Positions 48,260 to 58,439 of a DNA stretch of 64,000 bases are shown here, piece after piece. The notes beneath the pieces are model-generated. The model was not told where the DNA came from. It ran no database searches and was given only the letters and a program-made list of their open reading frames with translations. Every line of letters starts with the position of its first letter. The first letter of the stretch is position 1. The position numbers were made by a program, and so were the translations under genes. Origin of the DNA: Candidatus Palauibacter soopunensis. Its GTDB lineage: Bacteria > Gemmatimonadota > Gemmatimonadetes > Palauibacterales > Palauibacteraceae. The stretch covers positions 315,511 to 379,510 of the forward strand of contig NZ_CANPVT010000002.1 of the NCBI RefSeq assembly GCF_947581735.1, written 5' to 3'.

Positions 48260-49417
48260 ATGATCCGCGGTGCGACCGGTCGCTACGAGACAAGCGCGGC
48301 AGGCGGCGAGACGGTCCGGGCGTTCGTCCCCGCGCCCCTTCCGCCGCAGCCGGACCTGGACCTGAAGACCCTGCTGGACCCGCTGGAGAAGGCGTCGCTG
48401 GCCCTCGGCAGTTTGGACAGCTTCGCCTCCCTCCTTTCCGATCCCCACATTTTCCTGTTCAGCTACGTCCGCAAGGAAGCGGTCCTCTCTTCCCAGATCG
48501 AGGGCACCCAGTCCTCGCTCTCGGATCTGTTTCTCTTCGAACTCGAACCGAAAACAGGTGCTCCGTTCGACGAGATCACAGAGGTGTCCAACTATGTGGC
48601 CGCCCTGGAACACGGGCTGCGGCGGATGCGGGAGGGGTTCCCGTTCTCCAACCGTCTCATTCGCGAAATTCACGCCACTCTGCTCCGTAGCGGAAGAGGC
48701 AACAAACAGGCTCCGGGCGAGTTCAGGCGCTCCCAGAACTGGATCGGCGGCACCCGGCCCGGAAACGCGAGTTTCGTCCCGCCCCCCGCGCATGCGGTCG
48801 AAGAATGCATGTCGCGGCTGGAACGTTTCCTGCACTTTCCCGCTGCGGGCCTGTCCCCGATCCTCAGGTCCGGTCTGGCCCACGTTCAGTTCGAGACGAT
48901 TCATCCCTTCCTCGATGGGAACGGGCGCGTGGGCCGACTGCTGATCACCCTCCTGCTCTGCCACGATGGCGTACTGCGAGAGCCGCTGCTGTACCCGAGC
49001 CTCTATCTGAAGCAACATCGCGATACGTACTACGCCCTCCTCGATGAGGTCCGGCGGACCGGCGATTGGGAGCGGTGGCTCACGTTCTTCCTCGACGGTG
49101 TGGCGGAGACCGCGACCGACGCCGTCGCCAAGGCGCAGCGCATGCAGGAGCGGTTCGAGGAAGACCGCGCGCGGGTCGAGCGTTCCGGGCGGGCGGCGGG
49201 TTCGAGATTGCGTATTCACCAGGCGTTCCGGGACCGTCCGGTCCGAGACCTCCCCGGCCTCGTCCGGCAAACCGAGTTGTCCTTCCCGACCGTGTCATCC
49301 GCGGTGAAGGCACTGGAGCGGTTCGGGGTCGTCCGGGAGATTACGGGCAAGGCACGCGACCGTGTCTTCGCCTACGAGCCGTATCTGGCCATTCTCAACG
49401 AGGGGACGGAACCATGA
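48260..49417 (+). CDS. fic: Fic family protein (class II, with an intramolecular SxxxEG inhibitory helix).
   Basis: HPFLDGNGRVGRLL FIC motif; upstream SSQIEGT inhibitory motif; preceded by an AT-rich leader. Confidence 0.9.
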   Translation: MIRGATGRYETSAAGGETVRAFVPAPLPPQPDLDLKTLLDPLEKASLALGSLDSFASLLSDPHIFLFSYVRKEAVLSSQIEGTQSSLSDLFLFELEPKTGAPFDEITEVSNYVAALEHGLRRMREGFPFSNRLIREIHATLLRSGRGNKQAPGEFRRSQNWIGGTRPGNASFVPPPAHAVEECMSRLERFLHFPAAGLSPILRSGLAHVQFETIHPFLDGNGRVGRLLITLLLCHDGVLREPLLYPSLYLKQHRDTYYALLDEVRRTGDWERWLTFFLDGVAETATDAVAKAQRMQERFEEDRARVERSGRAAGSRLRIHQAFRDRPVRDLPGLVRQTELSFPTVSSAVKALERFGVVREITGKARDRVFAYEPYLAILNEGTEP

Positions 49418-51018
49418 AGACACGTGCAAAAGTGAGCCTGCGCGATTTCTTCGACGGCTCGGCGTTGCCGTCGCTCATCCTGATCATCGCGCTCGTCGCG
49501 GGCGGAGTCCCGCTCGCGGCGCAGTCATTCGCGGTCGAGGAGACGACGGTCGCGGAAGTCCACGCGGCTTTCCGGGCGGGCGACCTCACGTGCGAGGGTC
49601 TGGTCGGGGCCTACCTGGCGCGCATCGACGCGTACGACAAGCAGGGGCCGCTTCTCAACTCGATCGCCGTCGTCAACCCGCGCGCCCTCGAGGAGGCCCG
49701 GGCCCTTGACGCCGCCTTCGCGTCCGGCGGCCCCACCGGGCCGCTGCACTGCGTCCCCGTCCTCCTCAAGGACCAGGTGGAGACGAGCGACATGCCTACG
49801 ACCTACGGGTCGGCGCTCTTCGCGGGCTACATGTCGGAGCGGGACGGGACCATCGTGACGCGGATGAAGGAGGCGGGCGCCCTCATCATCGCAAAGACGA
49901 ACATGGGCGAGTTCGCCTCGCGCTACGTGGGGTCCGGGTTCGGGATCATCCGCAACGCGTACGACACGGGGCGGAACCCGAGCGGCTCCTCCGGCGGCAC
50001 GGGAGCCGGCGTGGCGGCGAATCTCGGCCTCATCGGCATCGGCGAGGACACGGGCGGCTCCATCCGGGGCCCGGCGGCGGTGGCCTCGCTCGTCGGCCTC
50101 CGTCCCACGCTTCCCCTCGTGAGCCGGTTCGGGATGATGCCCGCCAACCCCACCACCGACACGATGGGTCCGATGACCCGCACCGTGATGGACGCGGCCA
50201 TCCTCCTCGACGTCATCGCCGGCTACGACCCCAACGACCCCGTGACGGCGTATTCCGTGGGCCAGGTTCCCGACTCCTACGCGGCCGGACTCGACGCGGG
50301 GGCGCTGACCGGCGCCCGGATCGGCGTGATCCGCGAGCCGATGGACCGCTCCGTGGACACATCATCGGACGGGTTCCAGCAGGTGCGCGCCCGCATGGAG
50401 GCGGCGATCGGCACTCTCCGCGACCTGGGGGCCGAGGTATTCGACGTCGCAATCCCCGGAATCGAGCAGGTGAGCACCGTCTTCGGCGCCAACTCCTACG
50501 AGACCGAGGAGGTGACGGATGCCTACCTCGCCGAACTCCGCGACCCGCCGTACCGCACGCTCGCATCCATTCTGCTGAGCGGCCGCGTCAACCCGTGGCG
50601 GGCCGCCGGCATGGCCGATCTCCTGGGGAAGACGACCCGTGATCCCGGCTACCTGGAATACCTCCTGGCGCGCGACCGGGTGAGAGAGGACGTCATGGCG
50701 ACGATGGCCGAGCACGACCTCGACGCCTTCGTCTACGCCACCTTCGACCACCCGCCGGACCTGATCGCCGAGGATGTGGAGACGAACCCCGCCCCGGCCG
50801 ACCGCTACGCCCTCGGCGACAACCGCTCGCTGAGTCCGCTGACGGCGCTCCCGGCGCTCACGGTGCCCGCGGGATTCACGGACGACGGCCTTCCGGTGGG
50901 CCTCGAGTTCCTGGGCCGTCCGTTCACGGAGGCGATGCTCCTCGGCTTCGGCTACGCCTACGAGCAGGCGACAAATCACCGCCGCCCACCCCCCACCGCC
51001 CCACCCCTCGGACGTTGA
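49414..51018 (+). CDS. Amidase-signature family amidase with a signal peptide.
   Basis: ATGA overlap with fic; GGSSGGTGAGVAA and GGSIRGPAA signature; Ser-cisSer-Lys triad region. Confidence 0.85.
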   Translation: MKTRAKVSLRDFFDGSALPSLILIIALVAGGVPLAAQSFAVEETTVAEVHAAFRAGDLTCEGLVGAYLARIDAYDKQGPLLNSIAVVNPRALEEARALDAAFASGGPTGPLHCVPVLLKDQVETSDMPTTYGSALFAGYMSERDGTIVTRMKEAGALIIAKTNMGEFASRYVGSGFGIIRNAYDTGRNPSGSSGGTGAGVAANLGLIGIGEDTGGSIRGPAAVASLVGLRPTLPLVSRFGMMPANPTTDTMGPMTRTVMDAAILLDVIAGYDPNDPVTAYSVGQVPDSYAAGLDAGALTGARIGVIREPMDRSVDTSSDGFQQVRARMEAAIGTLRDLGAEVFDVAIPGIEQVSTVFGANSYETEEVTDAYLAELRDPPYRTLASILLSGRVNPWRAAGMADLLGKTTRDPGYLEYLLARDRVREDVMATMAEHDLDAFVYATFDHPPDLIAEDVETNPAPADRYALGDNRSLSPLTALPALTVPAGFTDDGLPVGLEFLGRPFTEAMLLGFGYAYEQATNHRRPPPTAPPLGR

Positions 51019-51081
51019 CTCGACCGACATGCACCATCATATTGTGCATGTGTCACAGTCATGCACACCCAAGAGAGGTCA

Positions 51082-51408
51082 ATGTCGAGGATTCACTTCG
51101 TCGTCAAGAAAAGCGCCAGGCTCCGCTACCAGGCCCAGGCCGACCGCGAGGGGAAATCGCTCGCGCAGTGGCTGCGTGAAGCGGCCGACGAGAAACTGGA
51201 GGCCGCGCGTCCACGCCTGTTCACCGTAGAGGAACTCAAGGCGTTCGCCGCCAAGTGCGACGCGATGCATCCCCCCGGCGCCAGGGAGCCGAGCTGGGGA
51301 GGAAACCAAGCGGATGCTCGTCGAGACTCGGTTCCCGGATCCCGGCGTATGATCTTCGTCGACGCCAACGTTTTAATCTACTTGTCTGAAATCCGACAAT
51401 CGGCGTGA
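51082..51408 (+). CDS. Degenerate vapBC copy: RHH-type antitoxin paralog fused in-frame to a truncated PIN N-terminal remnant (…RRMIFVDANVLIYLSEIRQSA*).
   Basis: ~75% nucleotide identity between 51082-51270 and the downstream vapB (51430-51620); a PIN-start motif MIFVDxNV occurs in both copies. Confidence 0.55.
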   Translation: MSRIHFVVKKSARLRYQAQADREGKSLAQWLREAADEKLEAARPRLFTVEELKAFAAKCDAMHPPGAREPSWGGNQADARRDSVPGSRRMIFVDANVLIYLSEIRQSA

Positions 51409-51429
51409 GGCCGGGGGAAGAAAACGATC

Positions 51430-51699
51430 GTGTCCCGCATTCACTTCGTCGTCAAAGAGGCGGAAAAGGTCCGCTACCAGGCGCAGGCCAGTCGAGAGGG
51501 GAAGTCTCTCGGGCAGTGGTTGCGCGAAGCCGCTGACGAGAGGCTGGCCGCGGCCCGTCCGCGCAAGTTCACTCTGGAGGAACTTCGCGAGTTCAACGCC
51601 GCGTGCGATGCGCGGCGGTCCGACGCTCCTGAACCCGACTGGCCCGAAGTGAAGCGAGTGATCTCGGAGTCCAGACTGTCCGGGATCGAGACCACGTGA
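51430..51699 (+). CDS. vapB: Type II antitoxin VapB (ribbon-helix-helix / CopG-like), GTG start.
   Basis: RIHFVVKEAEKVRYQAQASREGKSLGQWLREAADERL; 4-nt overlap with vapC. Confidence 0.75.
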   Translation: MSRIHFVVKEAEKVRYQAQASREGKSLGQWLREAADERLAAARPRKFTLEELREFNAACDARRSDAPEPDWPEVKRVISESRLSGIETT

Positions 51700-52097
51700 T
51701 CTTCGTCGACACGAACGTCTTCATATACCACGTCGGCCGTCAGCACCCGCTGCGTCGGGAGGCGCGCGAGTTCATCGCTAGATCATTGGCACGCGATGAC
51801 CATCTCGTCACATCCGCGGAAGTGCTCCAGGAACTGCTCAACTTCTACTTGAAGGGCCACCGACTGTCCGCCCTCGACGACGCTTTCACGCTCGCGGAAG
51901 CCTGCATTGACGAAGTGTGGGCCGTGGAAGAGGCGGACGTCCTGACCGCTCGGAATCTCGCGAACAACCATCCCGGGCTGGAGGCGCGAGACCTCGTTCA
52001 TCTTGCCTCCTGCATCCGGCGGGAGCCCGACGACCTCATGACGTTCGACCGGGCGCTGGCCGCGGCTTGGCGGTCGCGGTCGCCCGGAAGGAACTGA
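51696..52097 (+). CDS. vapC: PIN-domain toxin VapC.
   Basis: MIFVDTNVFIY, acidic catalytic residues; ~133 aa. Confidence 0.85.
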   Translation: MIFVDTNVFIYHVGRQHPLRREAREFIARSLARDDHLVTSAEVLQELLNFYLKGHRLSALDDAFTLAEACIDEVWAVEEADVLTARNLANNHPGLEARDLVHLASCIRREPDDLMTFDRALAAAWRSRSPGRN

Positions 52098-52279
52098 CGC
52101 GATCTCGCGGCGGGGCGCCTCCGCGTCGCCCTCCCCCTCATTCCGCAGCGTCCGCCGTGTCCGTTCGTCGCTCGCCGTGCCCTGTCTGCCCCGTGTCTAC
52201 CGAGATAGCGTATCCGGCGGAATCTTCGCAGAAACCCCGGCACGGGCTGCCTGCCCGTGGCAAGAAGGAGAGCAGCGAG

Positions 52280-55200
52280 ATGACGGATTCGTCGAGACGG
52301 CGTGCGTCGCGCGCGCGGCTGGTGGTCGGTTTGGGCGTCCTGATGGGGCTTCCCGGAGCCTCACCCGCCTGGGCGCCGGAGGTTCGGGCCCAGGAGGTCG
52401 ATCAGTCGCTCGTGGCGGAGGTCGTGGCCGGCCTGCCCCTGCGCGAGATCGGCCCCGCGCTCATGGGCGGCAGGATCGCGGACATCGCCGTGCACCCGCA
52501 CCGGAGCAGCACGTGGTACATCGCGGTCGGCTCCGGCGGCGTGTGGAAGACGACGAACGCGGGCGTGACGTGGGACGCGATCTTCGAGGACGAGTCCGTG
52601 TACTCGATCGGCGATGTCGCGATCGATCCCGACAACCCGGACGTAATCTGGGTGGGGACGGGGGAGAACGTGAGCGGGCGCCACGTCGGCTGGGGGGACG
52701 GCGTCTACCGCAGCCGCAACGGCGGGGAGACGTGGGAGAACGTCGGCCTCGGGGATTCGGAGCACATCGGCAAGATCCTCATCGACCCGCGCGACAGCGA
52801 TGTGATCCTGGTGGCGGCCGAGGGGTCGCTCTGGGCACCGGGCGGCGACCGGGGCGTGTACAAGTCCACCGACGGCGGCGACTCGTGGCGGCTCGTGCTG
52901 GAGATCGACGAGAACACCGGCGTCACCGACATCGAGTTCGCCCCCGGCAACCCGGACATGGTCTACGCGGCGGCGTACGAACGGCGGCGCAAGATCTGGG
53001 GACACCTCGCCGGCGGACCCAACTCGGGCATCTACAAGTCGACCGACGGCGGCGAGAACTGGCGCCGGATCACGGCCGGACTCCCGAGCGGCGATGTCGG
53101 AAAGATCGGACTCGCCGTCACGCCCGCGAACCCCGAGGTCGTGTACGCGACCATGGAGGCGAACGACGAGGAGCGCGGCTTCTACCGGTCCCTCGACAAG
53201 GGGGAGAGCTGGGAGCGGCGGAACTCCTACATCTCCGGCGGCACCGGGCCCCACTACTACCAGGAGATCGAGGCCTCGCCGCACGACGCGGACGTCGTGT
53301 ACCAGATGGACGTGTTCATCCAGGTCACGCGGGACGGGGGCGCGACCTTCGGCAACCTCGAGACGGGGCGGGAGAAGCACAGCGACAACCACGCGCTGTG
53401 GATCGACCCGGAGGACGGGCAGCACCTGATCGTCGGCACGGACGCCGGGCTGTACGAGAGCTTCGACGACGGGCGCACGTTCCGGCACTTCCCGAACATG
53501 CCCATCTCGCAGTTCTACAAGCTGACGCTCGACAACGCGGAACCGTTCTACAACGTGCTCGGCGGCGCGCAGGACCTCGGCACCCTGTGGGGTCCCGCCC
53601 GCACCACGAACATCGAGGGCGTGCGGAACCGGGACTGGTACGTGCCCATGGGGGCCGACGGGTACGCGGTCCAGATCGACCCGAGGGATCCGGACATCCT
53701 CTACCTGCAGACGCAGCAGGGGAACCTCTACCGCTACGACCGGGGCAGCGAGGAGGCGCTCGACATCCAGGCGCAGCCCGCGCCCGGCGACCCGCCCGAA
53801 CGCTGGAACTGGGACGCGCCGGTCCTCATCAGCCCGCATGACCCCGACCGGATCTACCACGGCTCGCAGCGCGTCTGGGCGAGCGACGACCGGGGCAACT
53901 CCTGGACGGCGATCAGCGGCGATCTGACGACGGACGTAAACCGCTACGAACTGGAATTCATGGGCCGCGTATGGAGCGTGGACGACCTCATCGACAACGG
54001 CGCCATGTCCAAGTACGCGACCCTCACCGGGATCTCCGAGTCGCCGGTGACGGCGGGCGTGATCTACACGGGGAGCGACGACGGACTCATCCACGCGACG
54101 GAGGACGGCGGCGCGAACTGGCGGCTCGCGGGCGCCCTCCCCGGCGTGCCCGAGCGGGCGTTCATCAATGACGTGGAGGCGTCGCAGTTCGACGCGGCGA
54201 CGGTCTTCGCCGTGGCGGACAACCACAAGGAGGGCGACTTCCGGCCGCTCGTGTTCGAGAGCAACGACGGGGGCCGCACGTGGCGCTCGATTTCCGGCGA
54301 TCTGCCGAACGGGACGATCCTGTGGGCGATCGAACAGGACCACCTGAACCCGAACCTCCTCTTCCTCGGGGCGGAGTTCGGGATGTACGCGAGCGTGAAC
54401 GGGGGCGAGAACTGGCACATGCTCCCCGGGCCGACGATCCCGCACCGCGATCTGGAGGTCCAGCGGCGCGACAACGACGTGGTCGGGTCGACGTTCGGCC
54501 GCGGCTTCTACGTGCTGGACGACTATACGCCGCTGCGCGAGCTGGCCGGCGGGGAGAACACCGCGATGGCCGCTGCGGACGGCGGAGCGCTGTTCCCGGT
54601 TCGCGACGCCTGGTGGTACGTCCCCTCGGTCCCCATGCAGGCGCGCGGCAAGCCGACGCTGGGGTCGGACGACTACACGGCTCCGAACCCGGACTTCGGC
54701 GCCGTGATCTCCTACTACTTGCCGGAGACACCGACGACGATGGCGGAGGCGCGCCGCGCGGCCGAAGCGGAAGTGCGAGCGGCCGGGGGAGACGTGACGT
54801 TCCCCGGCTACGACGCGCTGAACGAGGAGACGACCGAGAGCGGCCCGCGGGCGCTGGTTGCGATCGCCGACGCGGACGGCCGGACCGTGCGCTGGGTCGC
54901 CGGCCCCGCGAGCAAGGGACTCCACCGCGTGAGCTGGGATCTGCGGGCCCCGGCGCCCGATCCGATCGACCTCACGGTCCCCGGCTTCACGCCGCCGTGG
55001 GCGGGACCGCCCCAGGGGCCCCTCGTCGCCCCGGGCGAATACTCCGCGCAACTCGTCGTCGTCACGGCCGAAGGCGCGCGGGAGGTCGGCCAGGCGCAGA
55101 CTTTCGGAGTGAAGGCGGTGCCCACGGCCGATCCGGGCACGGACTTCGGGGCCGTCGTCGCCTTCCAGAACGAAGCGTCGGAGCTGAGGCGCCGCATCGC

Positions 55201-55612
55201 ATCGGCGGGCGAGGAAGTCGGCCGCGCCCGCGACCGGCTGCGTCACATGCGGGCCGCCCTCCTCGAGGCGCCGGACGCCCCGCTGGACCTGTTCGGGGAC
55301 CTCGATGCGCTAGGCGCCCGCCTTCAGGAGTTCTCGATCCGTCTCTTCGGCGACCCGGCCCGGCAGCGCCTCAACGAGCCCACCGTACCCTCGATCTCGA
55401 ACCGCGTGGGACGCGTAATCGGCGGCCACTGGGACACGCGCCAGACGCCGACGGCCACCCACCGCCGCAACCTGGAGATCGCCGAGACGGACTTCGGCGC
55501 GTGGCTGTCGGATTTCCGGAACTTCATGGACGGTGCCTTCGCCAACGCCGAAAGCGCCCTGGAAGCGGCCGGAGCCCCCTGGACCCCCGGCCGCCGCCTC
55601 CCCGGCAGCTAG
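52280..55612 (+). CDS. Large secreted BNR/Asp-box repeat protein (sortilin/VPS10-like beta-propeller).
   Basis: RBS aaggagag; signal peptide; many S-x-D-x-G-x-T-W Asp-box repeats (STDGGDSW, STDGGENW, SNDGGRTW, TEDGGANW…). Confidence 0.8.
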   Translation: MTDSSRRRASRARLVVGLGVLMGLPGASPAWAPEVRAQEVDQSLVAEVVAGLPLREIGPALMGGRIADIAVHPHRSSTWYIAVGSGGVWKTTNAGVTWDAIFEDESVYSIGDVAIDPDNPDVIWVGTGENVSGRHVGWGDGVYRSRNGGETWENVGLGDSEHIGKILIDPRDSDVILVAAEGSLWAPGGDRGVYKSTDGGDSWRLVLEIDENTGVTDIEFAPGNPDMVYAAAYERRRKIWGHLAGGPNSGIYKSTDGGENWRRITAGLPSGDVGKIGLAVTPANPEVVYATMEANDEERGFYRSLDKGESWERRNSYISGGTGPHYYQEIEASPHDADVVYQMDVFIQVTRDGGATFGNLETGREKHSDNHALWIDPEDGQHLIVGTDAGLYESFDDGRTFRHFPNMPISQFYKLTLDNAEPFYNVLGGAQDLGTLWGPARTTNIEGVRNRDWYVPMGADGYAVQIDPRDPDILYLQTQQGNLYRYDRGSEEALDIQAQPAPGDPPERWNWDAPVLISPHDPDRIYHGSQRVWASDDRGNSWTAISGDLTTDVNRYELEFMGRVWSVDDLIDNGAMSKYATLTGISESPVTAGVIYTGSDDGLIHATEDGGANWRLAGALPGVPERAFINDVEASQFDAATVFAVADNHKEGDFRPLVFESNDGGRTWRSISGDLPNGTILWAIEQDHLNPNLLFLGAEFGMYASVNGGENWHMLPGPTIPHRDLEVQRRDNDVVGSTFGRGFYVLDDYTPLRELAGGENTAMAAADGGALFPVRDAWWYVPSVPMQARGKPTLGSDDYTAPNPDFGAVISYYLPETPTTMAEARRAAEAEVRAAGGDVTFPGYDALNEETTESGPRALVAIADADGRTVRWVAGPASKGLHRVSWDLRAPAPDPIDLTVPGFTPPWAGPPQGPLVAPGEYSAQLVVVTAEGAREVGQAQTFGVKAVPTADPGTDFGAVVAFQNEASELRRRIASAGEEVGRARDRLRHMRAALLEAPDAPLDLFGDLDALGARLQEFSIRLFGDPARQRLNEPTVPSISNRVGRVIGGHWDTRQTPTATHRRNLEIAETDFGAWLSDFRNFMDGAFANAESALEAAGAPWTPGRRLPGS

Positions 55613-55643
55613 CCCAACGTCGCCGGGGCCTCGCCGTCGGCCG

Positions 55644-57356
55644 TCAGTGGCCGATGGCGAGGCCGTCCTTGCGGGGGTCCGACGCGCCGGCCCAGCCGCG
55701 GTCCAGCTTCATGACGAGCTGACCGCCGCCGAACGAGGCGCTCTCCCAGTCCACGAGCTCGTGGCCGAACGCGCTCATGCCGGCTTCGAGTCCGTCCGTC
55801 AGCCGCTCGACCGCGACCCGGAGCCCGCCCATGTGGCGGAAGCGGGCCGCGTCGATCGCCTGCTGCGGGTCCATCCCGAACTCGATCATGTTGAGGACGA
55901 CCTGGGTGTGCCCTTGCGGCTGCATCGACCCGCCCATGACGCCGAACGCCATCAGCGGCTCTCCGTCCCGCGTCACGAACCCGGGGATGAGCGTGTGGAA
56001 GGGCCGCTTGCCCGGTGCGACCTGGTTCGGGTGCCCGTCCTCGAGCGTGAAGCCGGCGCCCCGGTTCTGCAGCACGAAGCCCGTCCCCGGGACCACGACG
56101 CCCGAGCCGAACGAGCCGTAGATGGAGTGGATGAAGGAGACCATGTTCCCGTACCGGTCGGCGACCGACAGGTAGATCGTCTCCGTGGCGGTCGCGAACT
56201 CGCCGGGCTCGACCCGCTCGGCGGCCACCGCCGGGTTGATGAGCGCCCGCCGCGACGCGAGGTAGTCGGGGTCGAGGAGTTGCTTCGGGTCGATCTCCAT
56301 GTGGTCGGCGTCGCCGACGTGCCGGGCCAGGTCCGCGAACGCCACCTTCTTGGCCTCGATCAGGTGATGGAGGTACTCCGGCGAGTTATGCCCCATCCCC
56401 GCCAGGTCGAACGGCTCGAGCATCCCCAGCATCTGCAGGGCGGCAACGCCCTGGCCCGCGGGCGGCAACTCCCAGATCGTCCACCCCTTGTAGTCCATGG
56501 ACAGCGGCTCGACCCAGCGCACCTCCATCGCCGCCATGTCCTCCGGCGTGAGGTAGCCACCGAGTTCCGCGAGTCCCTCCGCCACCCGCGTGCCCAGCTC
56601 GCCTCCGTACATGGCGGAAGGGCCTTCCGCCGCGATCGTGCGCAGGGTGCGAGCGAAGTCCGGGTTCCGGAACCACTCGCCCGCTTCCGGCGCCCGCTCG
56701 CCGTCGATGAGGTAGGTTGCCGCGGCCCCGGGGTCCGCCTGCAGCTTCCGCAACTGCCCCTGCCACTGACCCGCGATGATCGGCGTGACGGGAAAGCCCT
56801 CCTCGGCCAGCGCGATGGCCGGCGCCACGAGTTCGGCGATCGGCCGGCTCCCGTACTTCTCGTTCAGTGCGCCCCAGCCCGCGATCGCCCCGGGCACGGT
56901 CACCGCCCCCGGCCCCGAGCCCGGCACGCGGTCGTAGCCGTCCGCCCGGATCCGTTCCGGCGTCATGTGGGTCCCGGCGCGGCCGGTCGCGTCCAGGCCG
57001 ACGAGACGACCCTCCTCCGCGGACCAGAAGAGCGCGAACAGATCGCCGCCCAGCCCCGTCATGTGCGGTTCGACGAGCGAGAGTACGGACGAGGCCGCGA
57101 TCGCCGCGTCGAAGGCGTTGCCGCCGTCGCGCAGCACACCGAGCGCGACGCTCGACGCCATGGGCTGGCTCGTCGCGACCATCCCGTTCGGAGCGTAGAC
57201 GGTGGATCGCCCCGCCATGGAACCCGGAGCATTCATCGCGGCCTCCTGACTTGACGAGTTCCTGAGACTCTCCGCGTCCGCGGTGCCGCAGGCGGCGGCG
57301 GTCACGGGGAGAACGGCGAGGACGAGAGTCGTGGCAACGTCGCGCATGCACATCAT
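55644..57356 (-). CDS. ggt: Gamma-glutamyltransferase, lipoprotein.
   Basis: TETIYLSVADRYGN catalytic-Thr region; GGxxQ; ~570 aa. Confidence 0.9.
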   Translation of the reverse strand: MMCMRDVATTLVLAVLPVTAAACGTADAESLRNSSSQEAAMNAPGSMAGRSTVYAPNGMVATSQPMASSVALGVLRDGGNAFDAAIAASSVLSLVEPHMTGLGGDLFALFWSAEEGRLVGLDATGRAGTHMTPERIRADGYDRVPGSGPGAVTVPGAIAGWGALNEKYGSRPIAELVAPAIALAEEGFPVTPIIAGQWQGQLRKLQADPGAAATYLIDGERAPEAGEWFRNPDFARTLRTIAAEGPSAMYGGELGTRVAEGLAELGGYLTPEDMAAMEVRWVEPLSMDYKGWTIWELPPAGQGVAALQMLGMLEPFDLAGMGHNSPEYLHHLIEAKKVAFADLARHVGDADHMEIDPKQLLDPDYLASRRALINPAVAAERVEPGEFATATETIYLSVADRYGNMVSFIHSIYGSFGSGVVVPGTGFVLQNRGAGFTLEDGHPNQVAPGKRPFHTLIPGFVTRDGEPLMAFGVMGGSMQPQGHTQVVLNMIEFGMDPQQAIDAARFRHMGGLRVAVERLTDGLEAGMSAFGHELVDWESASFGGGQLVMKLDRGWAGASDPRKDGLAIGH

Positions 57357-57424
57357 TCGGCTGATCCCCCTGACTGATCCCTCTGAGGGTTAGCGGTGGG
57401 CCCGAACCGGGCGCCGCACGCACA

Positions 57425-58321
57425 CTACGGCCTCCATGCGGCCATGGCATCCCAGCGCGGGTGGCGCGTGATGTTCACCGGCTCCGATCCGTCCGCGCCC
57501 ATCGCGTAAATCTCGGAGTTCCCGTCCCGCTTGGTCGAGAACAGCACGTACGCGCCGTCCGGCGACCAGCGCGGCAGTTCGTCCACTCCGGCGCGTCCCG
57601 AGAGGTTGGTCTGGCCGCTGCCATCCGCCCGCATCACGTAGATCTCCGCGTCCCCGATATCGCGGTAGGACGTGAAGACGATCCGCGATCCATCCGGCGA
57701 CCAGGACGGGGAACGCGCGCCGCCCTCGGCGGGGAGCCGCGCGAGCCCCGTCCCATCGGCCCGCATCGTCCACAGCGAGAACCGCCGGCCCCCGTCGCGG
57801 TCCGAGGCAAAGACGATCCGCGCGCCATCGGGCGACCAGTCCGGGTCCACGTCGAAGGACGACGGGCTCCGCGTGAGGTTGACCGGATTCGATCCGTCCA
57901 CGTCGATCACCCAGATGTCCGGATCCCCCGTGCGCTCGGAGACGAAGACCACGCGCGTCCCATCCGGGGACAGGCGCCCGGAACGGTCGTTCGCCGAGTC
58001 CCGCGTCACCGGCCTCGCATTCGAGCCGTCCGCGTCCATGAGGAAGATGTCGGGGTTCCCGTCGCGCCAGCTCGTGAACACGATCCGCGACCCGTCCGGC
58101 GTCCAGCTGGGCTCGAGGCTCGTTTCCCCCTCCTCCGTCAGCGGCCGCTGTCCCGTCCCATCCGCGTTCGCCACCCAGACGCGCATGAACCTCTCGCGGA
58201 TCGCGGTGAAGACGATCTCGCCCGCCGCGGGCGGCTCGGGACCCGTGGCGTCCCCGCACCCGAGCGCCGCCAGCGCTGCCAGCGTCATGCAAAGGAGTCG
58301 GGGCGCCTTCCAGGCGTACAT
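57425..58321 (-). CDS. TolB-like PD40 (WD40-like) beta-propeller repeat lipoprotein.
   Basis: Repeated P-x-W-SPDG-x-x-IVF-x-S PD40 motifs (6-7 copies); lipobox LGCG. Confidence 0.85.
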   Translation of the reverse strand: MYAWKAPRLLCMTLAALAALGCGDATGPEPPAAGEIVFTAIRERFMRVWVANADGTGQRPLTEEGETSLEPSWTPDGSRIVFTSWRDGNPDIFLMDADGSNARPVTRDSANDRSGRLSPDGTRVVFVSERTGDPDIWVIDVDGSNPVNLTRSPSSFDVDPDWSPDGARIVFASDRDGGRRFSLWTMRADGTGLARLPAEGGARSPSWSPDGSRIVFTSYRDIGDAEIYVMRADGSGQTNLSGRAGVDELPRWSPDGAYVLFSTKRDGNSEIYAMGADGSEPVNITRHPRWDAMAAWRP

Positions 58322-58439
58322 GACGTTCGTCCGTCCTCCAGGGCTCGCGAGTTTCGGTGCGGCCCGATCCTCGTTGCATCCCGCCGGGGCGCGGACGAGC
58401 TTGCGCCACAGCGTTTCGGACCGACCCGGGAGTCAAAAG

